Source: a virus. Taken from it: a stretch of DNA of 38,694 nucleotides. The stretch lies in IMG/VR virus record IMGVR_UViG_3300036945_000388; one strand, given 5' to 3'. Shown piece by piece: positions 23,456-31,405 of the stretch. Under the pieces are notes generated by a model. It worked only from the letters and a program-made list of their open reading frames with translations, searched no databases and was not told where the DNA came from. The translations under genes were made by a program, and so were the position numbers. The first letter of the stretch is position 1; each line of letters opens with the position of its first letter.

Positions 23456-25059
23456 TGCTGCGACCATACCAACAACGCGCCATCGATGATCTATACAAGT
23501 GGATGGGCAAAAACGAAGGCAACCCATGCTTGGTACTGCCTACAGGATCAGGCAAGAGTCATATTGTTGCGGCATTTTGTAAGAATGCTGTGCAGAATTG
23601 GCCTGACACTAAAATTATGATGCTGACCCATGTAAAGGAATTGATCGAACAGAACGCCGAGAAGATGCGACAGCATTGGCCGGGTGCGCCTATGGGCATC
23701 TATTCGGCTGGGATGCGCAGGAAGCAATTGGGTGAGCCAATCACCTTCGCTGGTATTCAGTCGATCCACAGCAAGGCCAGCCGTGTAGGCCACATCGACA
23801 TTTGCATCATCGATGAGTGCCACTTGGTCAACCATAAGGCGATTGGCATGTACCGCGCATTTCTGGATGCGTTACTGGTTATCAATCCATCCATGCGAGT
23901 GGTCGGTCTTACGGCAACGCCATATCGTCTGGGGCATGGGCTGATTACGGATAAGCCAGCCATCTTTGATGATTTGCTCGACCCAGTGACCATTCCAGAA
24001 CTGATTGAGAAGGGATTCCTCGCCCCGCTTAGTTCCAAGGTCACCAAGACCAATTACGATCTGTCAGGCGTCCACAAGCGCGGCGGTGAGTTCATTGAGA
24101 GCGAACTGCAAGCTGCTGTCAATACCGACGAGAATAACGACAGCGTCATCAGGGAAGTGATTTCCTTGGCAGGGGATCGCAAGTCATGGCTGTTCTTCTG
24201 CACTGGCGTCCACCATGCCCACGCCATAGCTGAATCGCTCAGGCGCGAGGGCATCAGTGCGGCCTGTGTGACAGGGGAAACGCCAAAGGAGGAACGGGAA
24301 AAGATACTGGCTGACTTTAAGGATGGCCGGATACAGGCGCTGACCAACGCCAACGTGCTTACGACGGGTTTTGACGCGCCAAACATCGATCTGATTGCGA
24401 TGCTGCGCCCCACTATGAGCGCCAGCCTGTATGTCCAGATGGCTGGTCGCGGCATGAGGCTGAAGGACCACACCGACCATTGCCTGGTGCTTGACTTCGC
24501 TGGGGTTGTGCGGACACATGGGCCAATCATCGATGTTACCCCGCCACAGCGCAAGGGTGAGGATGGGCGAGGGGCGGGTGAGGCTCCGGTCAAGGTCTGC
24601 GACAACTGTGACGAACTGGTCGCCATCAGTGCCAAGGAATGTCCGGCTTGCGGGATGGCGTTTCCTGAGCCTGAGAAGGCTGTTCTGAAGCTGCACAACG
24701 ATGACATTATGGGTGTATCTGGCACAGAGATGGTGGTCACTGATTGGCTGTGGCGCAAGCACACCAGCAAAACCAGTGGCAAAGATATGCTCTGCGTGTC
24801 ATATTATGGCGAGTTGACTGATCCGAGTGTGACTGAATATTTGCCTGTGACGCATGAGGGATACGCCGGGCAAAAGGCCATAACGCAGTTGGTCAAGATA
24901 GCGCAAAGCGCAGGGGCGACATTTGATGGTGTAAGTTTGCTTGAGGATTGGGCGGAGCGCCTGAACGCCGCACATCCACCGATTGTGATTAGCTATAAGC
25001 GCGACGGTAAATATCATAGGGTTTTAAAAAGGGAATGGAATAATGAAGCGTTTGCCTAA
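23455..25059 (+). CDS. SF2 DEAD/DEAH-box DNA helicase, 534 aa
   Basis: Motifs LPTGSGKSH (I), IIDECH (II), TATP (III), QMAGRGMR (VI). C-terminal zinc ribbon CDNCDE...CPACG. Confidence 0.9.
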   Translation: MLRPYQQRAIDDLYKWMGKNEGNPCLVLPTGSGKSHIVAAFCKNAVQNWPDTKIMMLTHVKELIEQNAEKMRQHWPGAPMGIYSAGMRRKQLGEPITFAGIQSIHSKASRVGHIDICIIDECHLVNHKAIGMYRAFLDALLVINPSMRVVGLTATPYRLGHGLITDKPAIFDDLLDPVTIPELIEKGFLAPLSSKVTKTNYDLSGVHKRGGEFIESELQAAVNTDENNDSVIREVISLAGDRKSWLFFCTGVHHAHAIAESLRREGISAACVTGETPKEEREKILADFKDGRIQALTNANVLTTGFDAPNIDLIAMLRPTMSASLYVQMAGRGMRLKDHTDHCLVLDFAGVVRTHGPIIDVTPPQRKGEDGRGAGEAPVKVCDNCDELVAISAKECPACGMAFPEPEKAVLKLHNDDIMGVSGTEMVVTDWLWRKHTSKTSGKDMLCVSYYGELTDPSVTEYLPVTHEGYAGQKAITQLVKIAQSAGATFDGVSLLEDWAERLNAAHPPIVISYKRDGKYHRVLKREWNNEAFA

Positions 25060-25237
25060 GCCGGATTTCTTGGTGCAGTATGAGGAGTGGATCAAGGATG
25101 GTCCGCCTCAATGTTGCCACACTTGCGACCATTTTGCAGGGGACGGAAAGTGCTTTGCATTTTCAATGTATCCGCCAGCCGATTTCGTTAATAGCCAAGG
25201 GCAATGTGCCGCTTGGTCATGGGAGGTTCCATTTTGA
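25043..25237 (+). CDS. Small 4-Cys protein, 64 aa (same pattern as 17460..17648)
   Basis: CHTCDHFAGDGKCF....YPP.......GQCAAW. Confidence 0.65.
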   Translation: MKRLPKPDFLVQYEEWIKDGPPQCCHTCDHFAGDGKCFAFSMYPPADFVNSQGQCAAWSWEVPF

Positions 25238-25590
25238 CCGACAGAATACCAACAGAGCATGAGGAACAGCGCCAAGTTGTAATGTGGTTCCGCCAGACCT
25301 ACCGACCCATGCGGATATTTGCGATTCCGAACGGTGGCCTTCGATCAAAGGCAGTTGCAGCCAAGCTGAAGGTAGAGGGCGTCACCCCAGGCGTTCCCGA
25401 TCTGTTTATCCCAGAACTGAAGCTGTGGATCGAAATGAAGCGGGTCAAAGGCGGCAGATTATCGCCAGAGCAAAAAGATTGGATAAATTATCTTGCCTCT
25501 GTGGGTTATGTGTGCTTTATTTGCTCTGGCGCTGAAGACGCCAAGATACAAATATCTGATTATATTAAGGATTATAAAAATGAGACATGA
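25234..25590 (+). CDS. VRR-NUC domain nuclease (~118 aa; start TTG 25234 preferred, ATG 25219/25204 possible)
   Basis: EHEEQRQVVMWF...GVTPGVPDLFI...LWIEMKRVKGGRLSPEQKDWINYL..VGY. GGGAGG lies 7 nt before TTG 25234, which overlaps the upstream stop (TTGA). Confidence 0.8.
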   Translation: MTDRIPTEHEEQRQVVMWFRQTYRPMRIFAIPNGGLRSKAVAAKLKVEGVTPGVPDLFIPELKLWIEMKRVKGGRLSPEQKDWINYLASVGYVCFICSGAEDAKIQISDYIKDYKNET

Positions 25591-25897
25591 CATAAAACAG
25601 AAGGTTCGCCACCTTTGTGGCTACATCACTGACCGAAGCGCGGTCCTGAACCACATTAATCGTGACTATGGCACTTCATATAAGATGAGGGATTTGGAAC
25701 AGGCTCTGATCTCGTTCCCAACACCGCGCAAGAAAGCCCATATAGAGGACAACTCGCTTCCTCTGACGCCGCCTGTCTCCACACATGATGGCCGTGGTTA
25801 CGATCCACTGGCTATTGCGCTGTTTAAATATCATGCAGCGCGAACCACTGGCGAAGATAAGCGCCATTGGGAACGTAAACTAGCAAAGGTATTTTGA
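25580..25897 (+). CDS. Hypothetical protein, 105 aa from MRHDIKQ
   Basis: ATG 25580 overlaps the VRR-NUC 3' end by 11 nt. The longer track ORF (25493) lies inside VRR-NUC. Confidence 0.6.
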   Translation: MRHDIKQKVRHLCGYITDRSAVLNHINRDYGTSYKMRDLEQALISFPTPRKKAHIEDNSLPLTPPVSTHDGRGYDPLAIALFKYHAARTTGEDKRHWERKLAKVF

Positions 25898-25898
25898 T

Positions 25899-26087
25899 AT
25901 GACACTTAATGAACTTAGAAACATAGTCGCAGATCGTGTTGAGATGACGCACGGCAACGTGGAATTTATTCGCCAGATCAGAAATGGTGAGCAGGACGAT
26001 GGCCCGTTCATGGTTGGCGCTTTGGCAGTCTGGGCCAAGTTTATGGAAGGCTTGCAGCCAGCACCGGAGGTATTGGCAGATGATTAA
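25899..26087 (+). CDS. Hypothetical protein, 62 aa
   Basis: Tightly packed ORF 1 nt after the upstream stop. Confidence 0.55.
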   Translation: MTLNELRNIVADRVEMTHGNVEFIRQIRNGEQDDGPFMVGALAVWAKFMEGLQPAPEVLADD

Positions 26088-26217
26088 GCCAGCACAAGCA
26101 GCCCCTATGGGCAAACCCTATCGTGTATCATCAGATAGCGCATTTCCGCTACGGAACTCAGAGGGCTTGACCTTCGCAGAAGCAAAGCGCCGCAGGGAAC
26201 AGGAACAAAGCAAATGA
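26080..26217 (+). CDS. Hypothetical protein, 45 aa (MIKPAQAAPMGKPYRV...)
   Basis: ATGATTAA overlap with the upstream stop. Its own stop overlaps the next ATG (ATGA). Confidence 0.45.
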   Translation: MIKPAQAAPMGKPYRVSSDSAFPLRNSEGLTFAEAKRRREQEQSK

Positions 26218-26588
26218 CCGAGTATGGCAAAGTTCACATTGACGGAAGCCGCTCCGGTGGTCAGCCTGTGGGCGACCCCCTCACTTGCCGCGCCTGCGCC
26301 CAGAATCGGGGAACTATCTTGCAATTAAAGCAGGAACTCGCTGACTTCAAGCAGGAGGTGAGCGATGCTGCTGAAATGGCGGTTGAGGCTATAGTAGAGT
26401 GGTCAGACGACATCGACAAGGCTGAATTCCTCCACCAATTCATCATCTCCAAGCCCAAGCCTGATCCGCTGGTTGAGGCGATGAAAAAAATGGGTTGGTA
26501 TCTTTCGGAAAGATTTCAAACAGACGCTGAAAAATTCCGCGCCGCACTGGACGCCCTTGGCTTTGAGATACGGGAGAAGGGGCAATGA
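26214..26588 (+). CDS. Hypothetical protein, 124 aa
   Basis: ATGA-coupled at both ends. Central coiled-coil-like segment. Confidence 0.65.
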   Translation: MTEYGKVHIDGSRSGGQPVGDPLTCRACAQNRGTILQLKQELADFKQEVSDAAEMAVEAIVEWSDDIDKAEFLHQFIISKPKPDPLVEAMKKMGWYLSERFQTDAEKFRAALDALGFEIREKGQ

Positions 26589-26845
26589 CTGACGATGACA
26601 AGGCGCTGGTAGAGCGGTTAAAACGCTTTTCAACCCGACCGATAGAACATGATGCCCCAGCGATGAACCGCGTTGCGATGAAGGAAGCCGCTGACCGCAT
26701 CGAAGCCCAAGCGGCAGAGATTGAGCGGCTAACAGACTTGCTACGCCGCGTTGTTAATTTGGCTGAAGCCTACGCAACAGGAACAGGCGAAGCTTTCAAC
26801 AACACTATGACGGAAGCCCGCGCAGCATTGGAGCAAAGCGAATGA
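26585..26845 (+). CDS. Hypothetical protein, 86 aa (coiled-coil, Ea22-like style)
   Basis: ATGA-coupled. AADRIEAQAAEIERLTDLL segment. Confidence 0.6.
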   Translation: MTDDDKALVERLKRFSTRPIEHDAPAMNRVAMKEAADRIEAQAAEIERLTDLLRRVVNLAEAYATGTGEAFNNTMTEARAALEQSE

Positions 26846-26919
26846 CCCTGCGCCAATTCCTGCACGATAATTTCGGCTGGGATATTTACGACTGGGGCGA
26901 CGAGGACATTCGGTTTTAA
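26842..26919 (+). CDS. Possible 25-aa terminal peptide of the rightward operon
   Basis: ATGA-coupled. MTLRQFLHDNFGWDIYDWGDEDIRF. Its stop overlaps the convergent spanin stop. Very short, so tentative. Confidence 0.3.
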   Translation: MTLRQFLHDNFGWDIYDWGDEDIRF

Positions 26920-27392
26920 TCTACCTTACCAACGTCAAGCGCCCAAGCCCGTAACGCATCCAACTGCGCGTAGGCGTCAGCGACTATTTCGAGATCGGCA
27001 ACAGGAACGATGGCCGTTTCGGCTCCTGACACAACTTCACCGGACACTGGGGCGGCTTTGCTTGCTCCGGTGCTTCCGGTATTACCTTTATTGGCTTGTT
27101 TACGCATCCACTCAGACAGAGCCACGCGGTTATCAGCAATACGTCTTTCATAATCGGATTCTGCCTTTTCTGATATAGCGGCATATTGGCGCTCAATCTC
27201 AGCGACCTTAGCCTTGTTTAACTCTTTAGCAGCAACCTGTGCGGCCTCATACTGCGCCACTACCTTTTCAGAGGCAGCATATTGCTTTTGCCAATGCCGA
27301 GCGTTGCCGTACTGAACGGCAGCCAGTAGAGCGAACAGGGCAATCCCTGCATATGGTGCAAACTTCAGATACGGAACAAATTTAGTTAGCAT
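26916..27392 (-). CDS. i-spanin (Rz-like), 158 aa
   Basis: N-terminal TMD (APYAGIALFALLAAVQY), long coiled-coil periplasmic domain, last gene of the lysis cassette, and an embedded lipoprotein ORF. Confidence 0.8.
   Translation of the reverse strand: MLTKFVPYLKFAPYAGIALFALLAAVQYGNARHWQKQYAASEKVVAQYEAAQVAAKELNKAKVAEIERQYAAISEKAESDYERRIADNRVALSEWMRKQANKGNTGSTGASKAAPVSGEVVSGAETAIVPVADLEIVADAYAQLDALRAWALDVGKVD
26984..27151 (-). CDS. o-spanin (Rz1-like lipoprotein), 55 aa, fully embedded out of frame in the i-spanin gene
   Basis: MKDVLLITAWLCLSG|CVNKP has a lipobox L-S-G-C. The mature 40-aa part is Pro-rich with 2 further Cys. The track ORF is 26984..27196; start taken at ATG 27151. Confidence 0.75.
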   Translation of the reverse strand: MKDVLLITAWLCLSGCVNKPIKVIPEAPEQAKPPQCPVKLCQEPKRPSFLLPISK

Positions 27393-27636
27393 CAGTTATC
27401 TCAATTCCATCTTTGCCAGCCTTGATGCTTCTTTTCACAAACAATGCAGTAAACGCAGTCAGGCCAAGCATAATCTGCGCATGAGCAGCCAGTGCCAGGT
27501 AGAAGGTGTACGCGGCGTTTCCCGACACTAACCACACGCCCACGGCTGCAAAGATAGTCATAATGACGCAGCCGCCGAGCAATGCCCCAAAGGCAGCGGC
27601 CCTGCGTCCGTTTGGTGTCCACAGCAAGCTAATCAT
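27382..27636 (-). CDS. Holin candidate, 84 aa from MISLLWTPNG
   Basis: 2-3 predicted TMDs and a charged C-terminus (KRSIKAGKDGIEITDAN). ATGA overlap with the endolysin stop. Overlaps the spanin start. Confidence 0.7.
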   Translation of the reverse strand: MISLLWTPNGRRAAAFGALLGGCVIMTIFAAVGVWLVSGNAAYTFYLALAAHAQIMLGLTAFTALFVKRSIKAGKDGIEITDAN

Positions 27637-28097
27637 ATTGGCATCCCCTGAGCAAACCAAGCTGGCATATCGAAGCAGGGGCATTCTTTCAGCCATTCAT
27701 GCTTCTCGACCACGCCATCGCCATCCTTGTCAGGCGACAGATCGCGGTGGCCCATAACTGGTGCGTTCTTGTGCAACGCCCTCATGCGGGTGATGATTTC
27801 CTTCAGCGCCTTCTTCTGGGCTGGCGTCCGCGTGTCCTTGGCCTTGCCGTCCTTGTCCAGACCACCAACATAGACAATGGCGATGCTGCCAGTGTTCCAG
27901 CCTTTTACATGCGAACCAACGGCAGTATCAGGGCGACCTTTCTCGACCCGACCATCCAGCCGCACCACATAGTGATAGCCAATATCCGACCAGCCCTGCT
28001 TCAGATGCCAGCCGCGAATGGTGGCCGCACTTACATCTTGGCCCTCACGGGTTGCGGTGCAGTGGACCACAATGCGCTTAATCGGAAAATTGCTCAT
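27633..28097 (-). CDS. Endolysin: N-acetylmuramoyl-L-alanine amidase (Amidase_2 / T7-lysozyme-like), 154 aa
   Basis: IVVHCTATREG....IRGWH...GWSDIGYHYVV..DGRVE.GR....GSHV.GWN..SIAIVYVGG ... GHRDL ... CPCF. Confidence 0.9.
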   Translation of the reverse strand: MSNFPIKRIVVHCTATREGQDVSAATIRGWHLKQGWSDIGYHYVVRLDGRVEKGRPDTAVGSHVKGWNTGSIAIVYVGGLDKDGKAKDTRTPAQKKALKEIITRMRALHKNAPVMGHRDLSPDKDGDGVVEKHEWLKECPCFDMPAWFAQGMPI

Positions 28098-28293
28098 GAT
28101 CTATCCTTGCTATCTCGCGGTCAATATACCACCGCGCTTTTCTCAAGTCCTCTATAGCATTATTTTTAAGCCCTGCCCTCCAAATATATTTGATGGCATT
28201 GCCAAGGCAGAAATTCATATGTTCCGTGATCTGGATGCACTCAACGCCCGATGGGTGATCTTGGTAGTGCGGTGGGTTTATTGCGTCAGTCAT
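28078..28293 (-). CDS. DUF3310-family phage protein, 71 aa
   Basis: NPPHYQDHPSGVECIQITEHMNFCLGNAIKYIWRAGLKNNAIEDLRKARWYIDREI matches the DUF3310 pattern recalled from memory. Confidence 0.7.
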   Translation of the reverse strand: MTDAINPPHYQDHPSGVECIQITEHMNFCLGNAIKYIWRAGLKNNAIEDLRKARWYIDREIARIDHEQFSD

Positions 28294-29465
28294 GTTATCT
28301 CCAGCATTTCAGTTGTAATCATTACACGCCCTACAGCGCCGTACTTCTTATGGTATGTTATAGCCCATGCCGCCCTGTCCGCAATCCATCCGCCACGGGC
28401 AGCGTAAGCATCTCTAGCAGCAAGCGTTGGATGCTGCACCACAGTCACGCCATTATACTCTTTTTCGTCCCTGTGGTGGCGATGCCCGCAGTGGATTTCG
28501 CGCCGAGTAGTGCGACCCCATTCTTGCGGAAACTGTGCCGCAAACAGCAGCGGCAGGGACTCGTTCTTGACCTTGTGGCCGTGATGGATGCCCAGCATGG
28601 TAGCGCCCCATTCAAACACATAGAACGGTAGGACGCTGTCATTCACAGCCACGCGAGGCTCTTCTTCGTAATGCACCGCGAACAGGTCTGACAGCCATCC
28701 TGCGCTTTCCTCGTCGTGGTTGCCTTCAGCGATAATCAAGCGCACCTCTTGATGGCGTTGCAAACAGATCGCCACCAGTGAGCGGATGATCCGGATCGCG
28801 GAGCGGCGTATCTTAGGGAAGCGACTGTCAGCATCCAGAACGTGCTTTGACGCTGGCGTCACAGGTGTCTTGCCGTCTGTATGCAAGAAGTCACCTTGGA
28901 TATTGAGTACTGCTGTGTGCGCATTAGGGCTTTGATTGACCATCTGTACCAGCGCAGCCAGAATCGTTTTCTCAGCTATGGCGATGCTCCAATCGCTTCC
29001 GCCCTCTTTATGCCACGCCAACATGCCAAGGTGGTAATCGGTAAAGGTATAAAGGTTGCACAGATGCTCCTCAGAGCCTTCTGGGGCGATGATAACACTG
29101 GCTGGCAGTATCTCGTCCTTAAAGCCATCTACGGCCTCACGCATGGCGTCCACCAGAGCCTGATGGCTTAGTGATGCCTTGACCCATTGTCCGGCTGGCT
29201 TGCCTTCAGCGTTGTAGTAGGTGCTGACGCCCTTGGCTACATAGCCATCCGGCACTGGCCGAGTGAAGTCATGCTCTGGGGCATAACCAAACTTAGCGGC
29301 CTTTTTCTTGACGGCGAGATAAGTCTCGCTTGCGCCGCCAATGTTCATGCCCAATTCAACGGACGCGGCCCTAGCACTGCCAAGACGATCTATGGCTTCA
29401 AGGGTTTCCCTCTGACGAGGCGTACAATATTGGTACAGGTTCTCGTCTATTTTTAATGGAGTCAT
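28290..29465 (-). CDS. HTH (sigma-70 region 4 / LuxR-like) fused to a calcineurin-like metallophosphoesterase, 391 aa from MTPLKIDE
   Basis: N-terminus: TPRQRETLEAIDRLGSARAASVELGMNIGGASETYLAVKKKA. Five MPE motifs: FTDYHLG, IQGDFLHTDG, AEGNHDE, GIHHGH, CGHRHH. Start at ATG 29465 avoids overlap with the upstream gene. Confidence 0.75.
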   Translation of the reverse strand: MTPLKIDENLYQYCTPRQRETLEAIDRLGSARAASVELGMNIGGASETYLAVKKKAAKFGYAPEHDFTRPVPDGYVAKGVSTYYNAEGKPAGQWVKASLSHQALVDAMREAVDGFKDEILPASVIIAPEGSEEHLCNLYTFTDYHLGMLAWHKEGGSDWSIAIAEKTILAALVQMVNQSPNAHTAVLNIQGDFLHTDGKTPVTPASKHVLDADSRFPKIRRSAIRIIRSLVAICLQRHQEVRLIIAEGNHDEESAGWLSDLFAVHYEEEPRVAVNDSVLPFYVFEWGATMLGIHHGHKVKNESLPLLFAAQFPQEWGRTTRREIHCGHRHHRDEKEYNGVTVVQHPTLAARDAYAARGGWIADRAAWAITYHKKYGAVGRVMITTEMLEIT

Positions 29466-29473
29466 TAAACACC

Positions 29474-29674
29474 CTAATCTCTTGGCAAGCGTCCACCTGA
29501 GAACCTTGCTTCCAACCAATCATAAATTCTAAGCGACATCCAAACTATCGTCAAAAGGGATGCCAATGGCGGCAAAAACTGCACCAAAGTTCCAAACGCA
29601 GCAGCCACTGCCAAACCGTCAGCAATATGCTTCACGTTGTCCCCCAAATGATTAAGTATTGTATGAACGCTCAT
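29474..29674 (-). CDS. Small membrane protein, 66 aa from MSVHTILNH
   Basis: Hydrophobic stretch GLAVAAAFGTLVQFLPPLASLLTIVWMSL and a basic C-terminus. Function open (holin/antiholin-like or other). Confidence 0.55.
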   Translation of the reverse strand: MSVHTILNHLGDNVKHIADGLAVAAAFGTLVQFLPPLASLLTIVWMSLRIYDWLEARFSGGRLPRD

Positions 29675-29717
29675 TGTACGCCCCAAAATAGAGGTATGTT
29701 TGAAAAATTATGTAACA

Positions 29718-30080
29718 CTATTTGACTTCGCTGGGTAGTGTTATTTCTACCCATGCCAGCGTTGCTTCGTCCCAATAGTAGGGTTTGCCGTCATCTGGCT
29801 TGGCTGCCGGTGCATCCCATAGGCAAGTATCTTCGTTAATCGTCCATGAGGCAAAAGGCTGTGGCGGAATAAACGCATCACGATCTGCGTCGTATGCGTA
29901 ACCGACGCCAGCATAGTTCTTACGCAGCGGACGGCCTTCGGGATGAATGCCGCCATGTGTGTTATACGATGTCTGCACGAATAGCGCAGGATCGCCAAAT
30001 AGGCCCGTGTCGATAACGTCCTGCTCGATAACTAGAACTTCTGTGACGATGCCGTCTTCTACTTTTGCAAAATGTGCCAT
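29718..30080 (-). CDS. Hypothetical protein, 120 aa (MAHFAKVEDGIVTEVLVI...)
   Basis: Compact ORF after the fibre genes. The N-terminal pattern is common in phage hypothetical proteins. Function unknown. Confidence 0.7.
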   Translation of the reverse strand: MAHFAKVEDGIVTEVLVIEQDVIDTGLFGDPALFVQTSYNTHGGIHPEGRPLRKNYAGVGYAYDADRDAFIPPQPFASWTINEDTCLWDAPAAKPDDGKPYYWDEATLAWVEITLPSEVK

Positions 30081-30089
30081 TGTACGTCC

Positions 30090-31346
30090 TTAGAATGTAA
30101 TCGAGCCAGATGAGGCAAATGTGTAAACGTAGTTAGTTCCTGCCCGTGACTCTCCTGGACTGCCAGTGGTCGCAACAGCTTGAGTTGGGGATGAAATGAT
30201 AACAACACCTGAGCCACCATTGGCATTAGAGCCACCACCGCCGCCTGTGCTTGCACTGCCAGCCGTTCCAACTGTTGAGGAGCCATTGCCACCACCGCCA
30301 ATGCCGCCAGTGCCAGACGTATCTCCAGCAGTCCCACCGCCACCGCCGCCGCCAGCGTAGTAAACAGTGGTTCCTGTAATTGTTGATGCAGCACCAGCAC
30401 CTCCAACTACGGGGTCTCCTTCATTTGATGCCCCTGCTGCTGCGCCAGCACCACCGCCGCTACCGCCCATAATGCGACCGAAATCGCTACGGTAAGAACC
30501 AGCGCCACCAGCAAAGCCTTGGCCTGATGTTCCCGCTCCGCCAGCGCCAAGCCACCAACCACCGCCGCCGGAGCCTCCAGCTACTCCATTGCCAGCGCCG
30601 CCGCCTGTGCTGGTAATGCTGTTGAAAGCACTATTGCCGCCATTACTTCCGTTTGATGCACCTGATGTTCCGGTAGCCGCATTGCCACCAGCGCCAACAG
30701 TAACCGCGTATGTAGTTAAACTTGTTAAAGCGGAGCTTCCAGTCCGAAAGCCGCCTCCGCCACCACCGCCAGCACCCGCGCCATTACTACCATCACGCCC
30801 ACCACCGCCACCGCCAGCCACAATCAAATAAGAAACTGTCGGGCTTGACGAGCTTGCAACAGTGCCGAATGTGCTAATCCAAGAGTTTGTCGCTGTCTTC
30901 AGTAATTGCACAGAAGCATTCGCCGGCACAACTGGGACTGACAACGCAGATGCCGAGTTATTTACAAAAATAGAAACGCCTGATGCACTCAAAAGTATAG
31001 GGTTGGTTCCCCTGTTCACAATCGTGATTAACGCCCCAATTTCAAAAGCAACCGACGCGTTGGTCGGGATCGTGATTGTCTGAGCGCCAGTGTTGGCCGA
31101 ATAGATATGCTTGCCAGCATCATCAAGCACTAGCGTGTAGTTGCCGCTTTGGATGTTCTGTGGATATGAAACAGCAGTGCTGCCACCACTAGCGCCCGAA
31201 CCAACAAGGATTACAGTACCACCTGTTGTTTTGGTATACAACTTTGCGTCGGCAAGATTAACTGCCAATTCACCCGGCTGCAAAGAACCAGCGGCAGGAA
31301 TTGAACTGGCCGTAGAAGACTTTTTAAGAATAATTGTTGCTGCCAT
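30090..31346 (-). CDS. Glycine-rich tail fibre-like protein, 418 aa
   Basis: Fibre-type N-terminus (IILKKSSTASSIPAAGSLQPGELAVNLADAKLYTK). The C-terminal half has long poly-Gly/GGxGG tracts ending GGSGVVIISSP. Confidence 0.75.
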   Translation of the reverse strand: MAATIILKKSSTASSIPAAGSLQPGELAVNLADAKLYTKTTGGTVILVGSGASGGSTAVSYPQNIQSGNYTLVLDDAGKHIYSANTGAQTITIPTNASVAFEIGALITIVNRGTNPILLSASGVSIFVNNSASALSVPVVPANASVQLLKTATNSWISTFGTVASSSSPTVSYLIVAGGGGGGRDGSNGAGAGGGGGGGFRTGSSALTSLTTYAVTVGAGGNAATGTSGASNGSNGGNSAFNSITSTGGGAGNGVAGGSGGGGWWLGAGGAGTSGQGFAGGAGSYRSDFGRIMGGSGGGAGAAAGASNEGDPVVGGAGAASTITGTTVYYAGGGGGGGTAGDTSGTGGIGGGGNGSSTVGTAGSASTGGGGGSNANGGSGVVIISSPTQAVATTGSPGESRAGTNYVYTFASSGSITF

Positions 31347-31405
31347 AGGGCTACTCTTTCTTGGCTATAGAGCCGAGCATTGTGAAGGGGCGCAACCCCC
31401 GAAAA

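Noticed and set aside
24054-24782. 242-aa and 192-aa minus-strand ORFs inside the SF2 helicase gene
   Set aside because: They are antisense to a gene with all helicase motifs. The composition is Ser/Pro/Arg-rich and shadow-like.
30589-30831. Pro-rich plus-strand ORF (PPPPPPP tracts)
   Set aside because: It is the reverse complement of the poly-Gly codons (GGN versus NCC) of the glycine-rich fibre gene.
31384-31400. GGGG-cgcaa-CCCC hairpin after the 407-aa fibre gene as a terminator
   Set aside because: The stem is only 4-5 bp and no U-tract follows on the transcribed strand. It is too weak to call.
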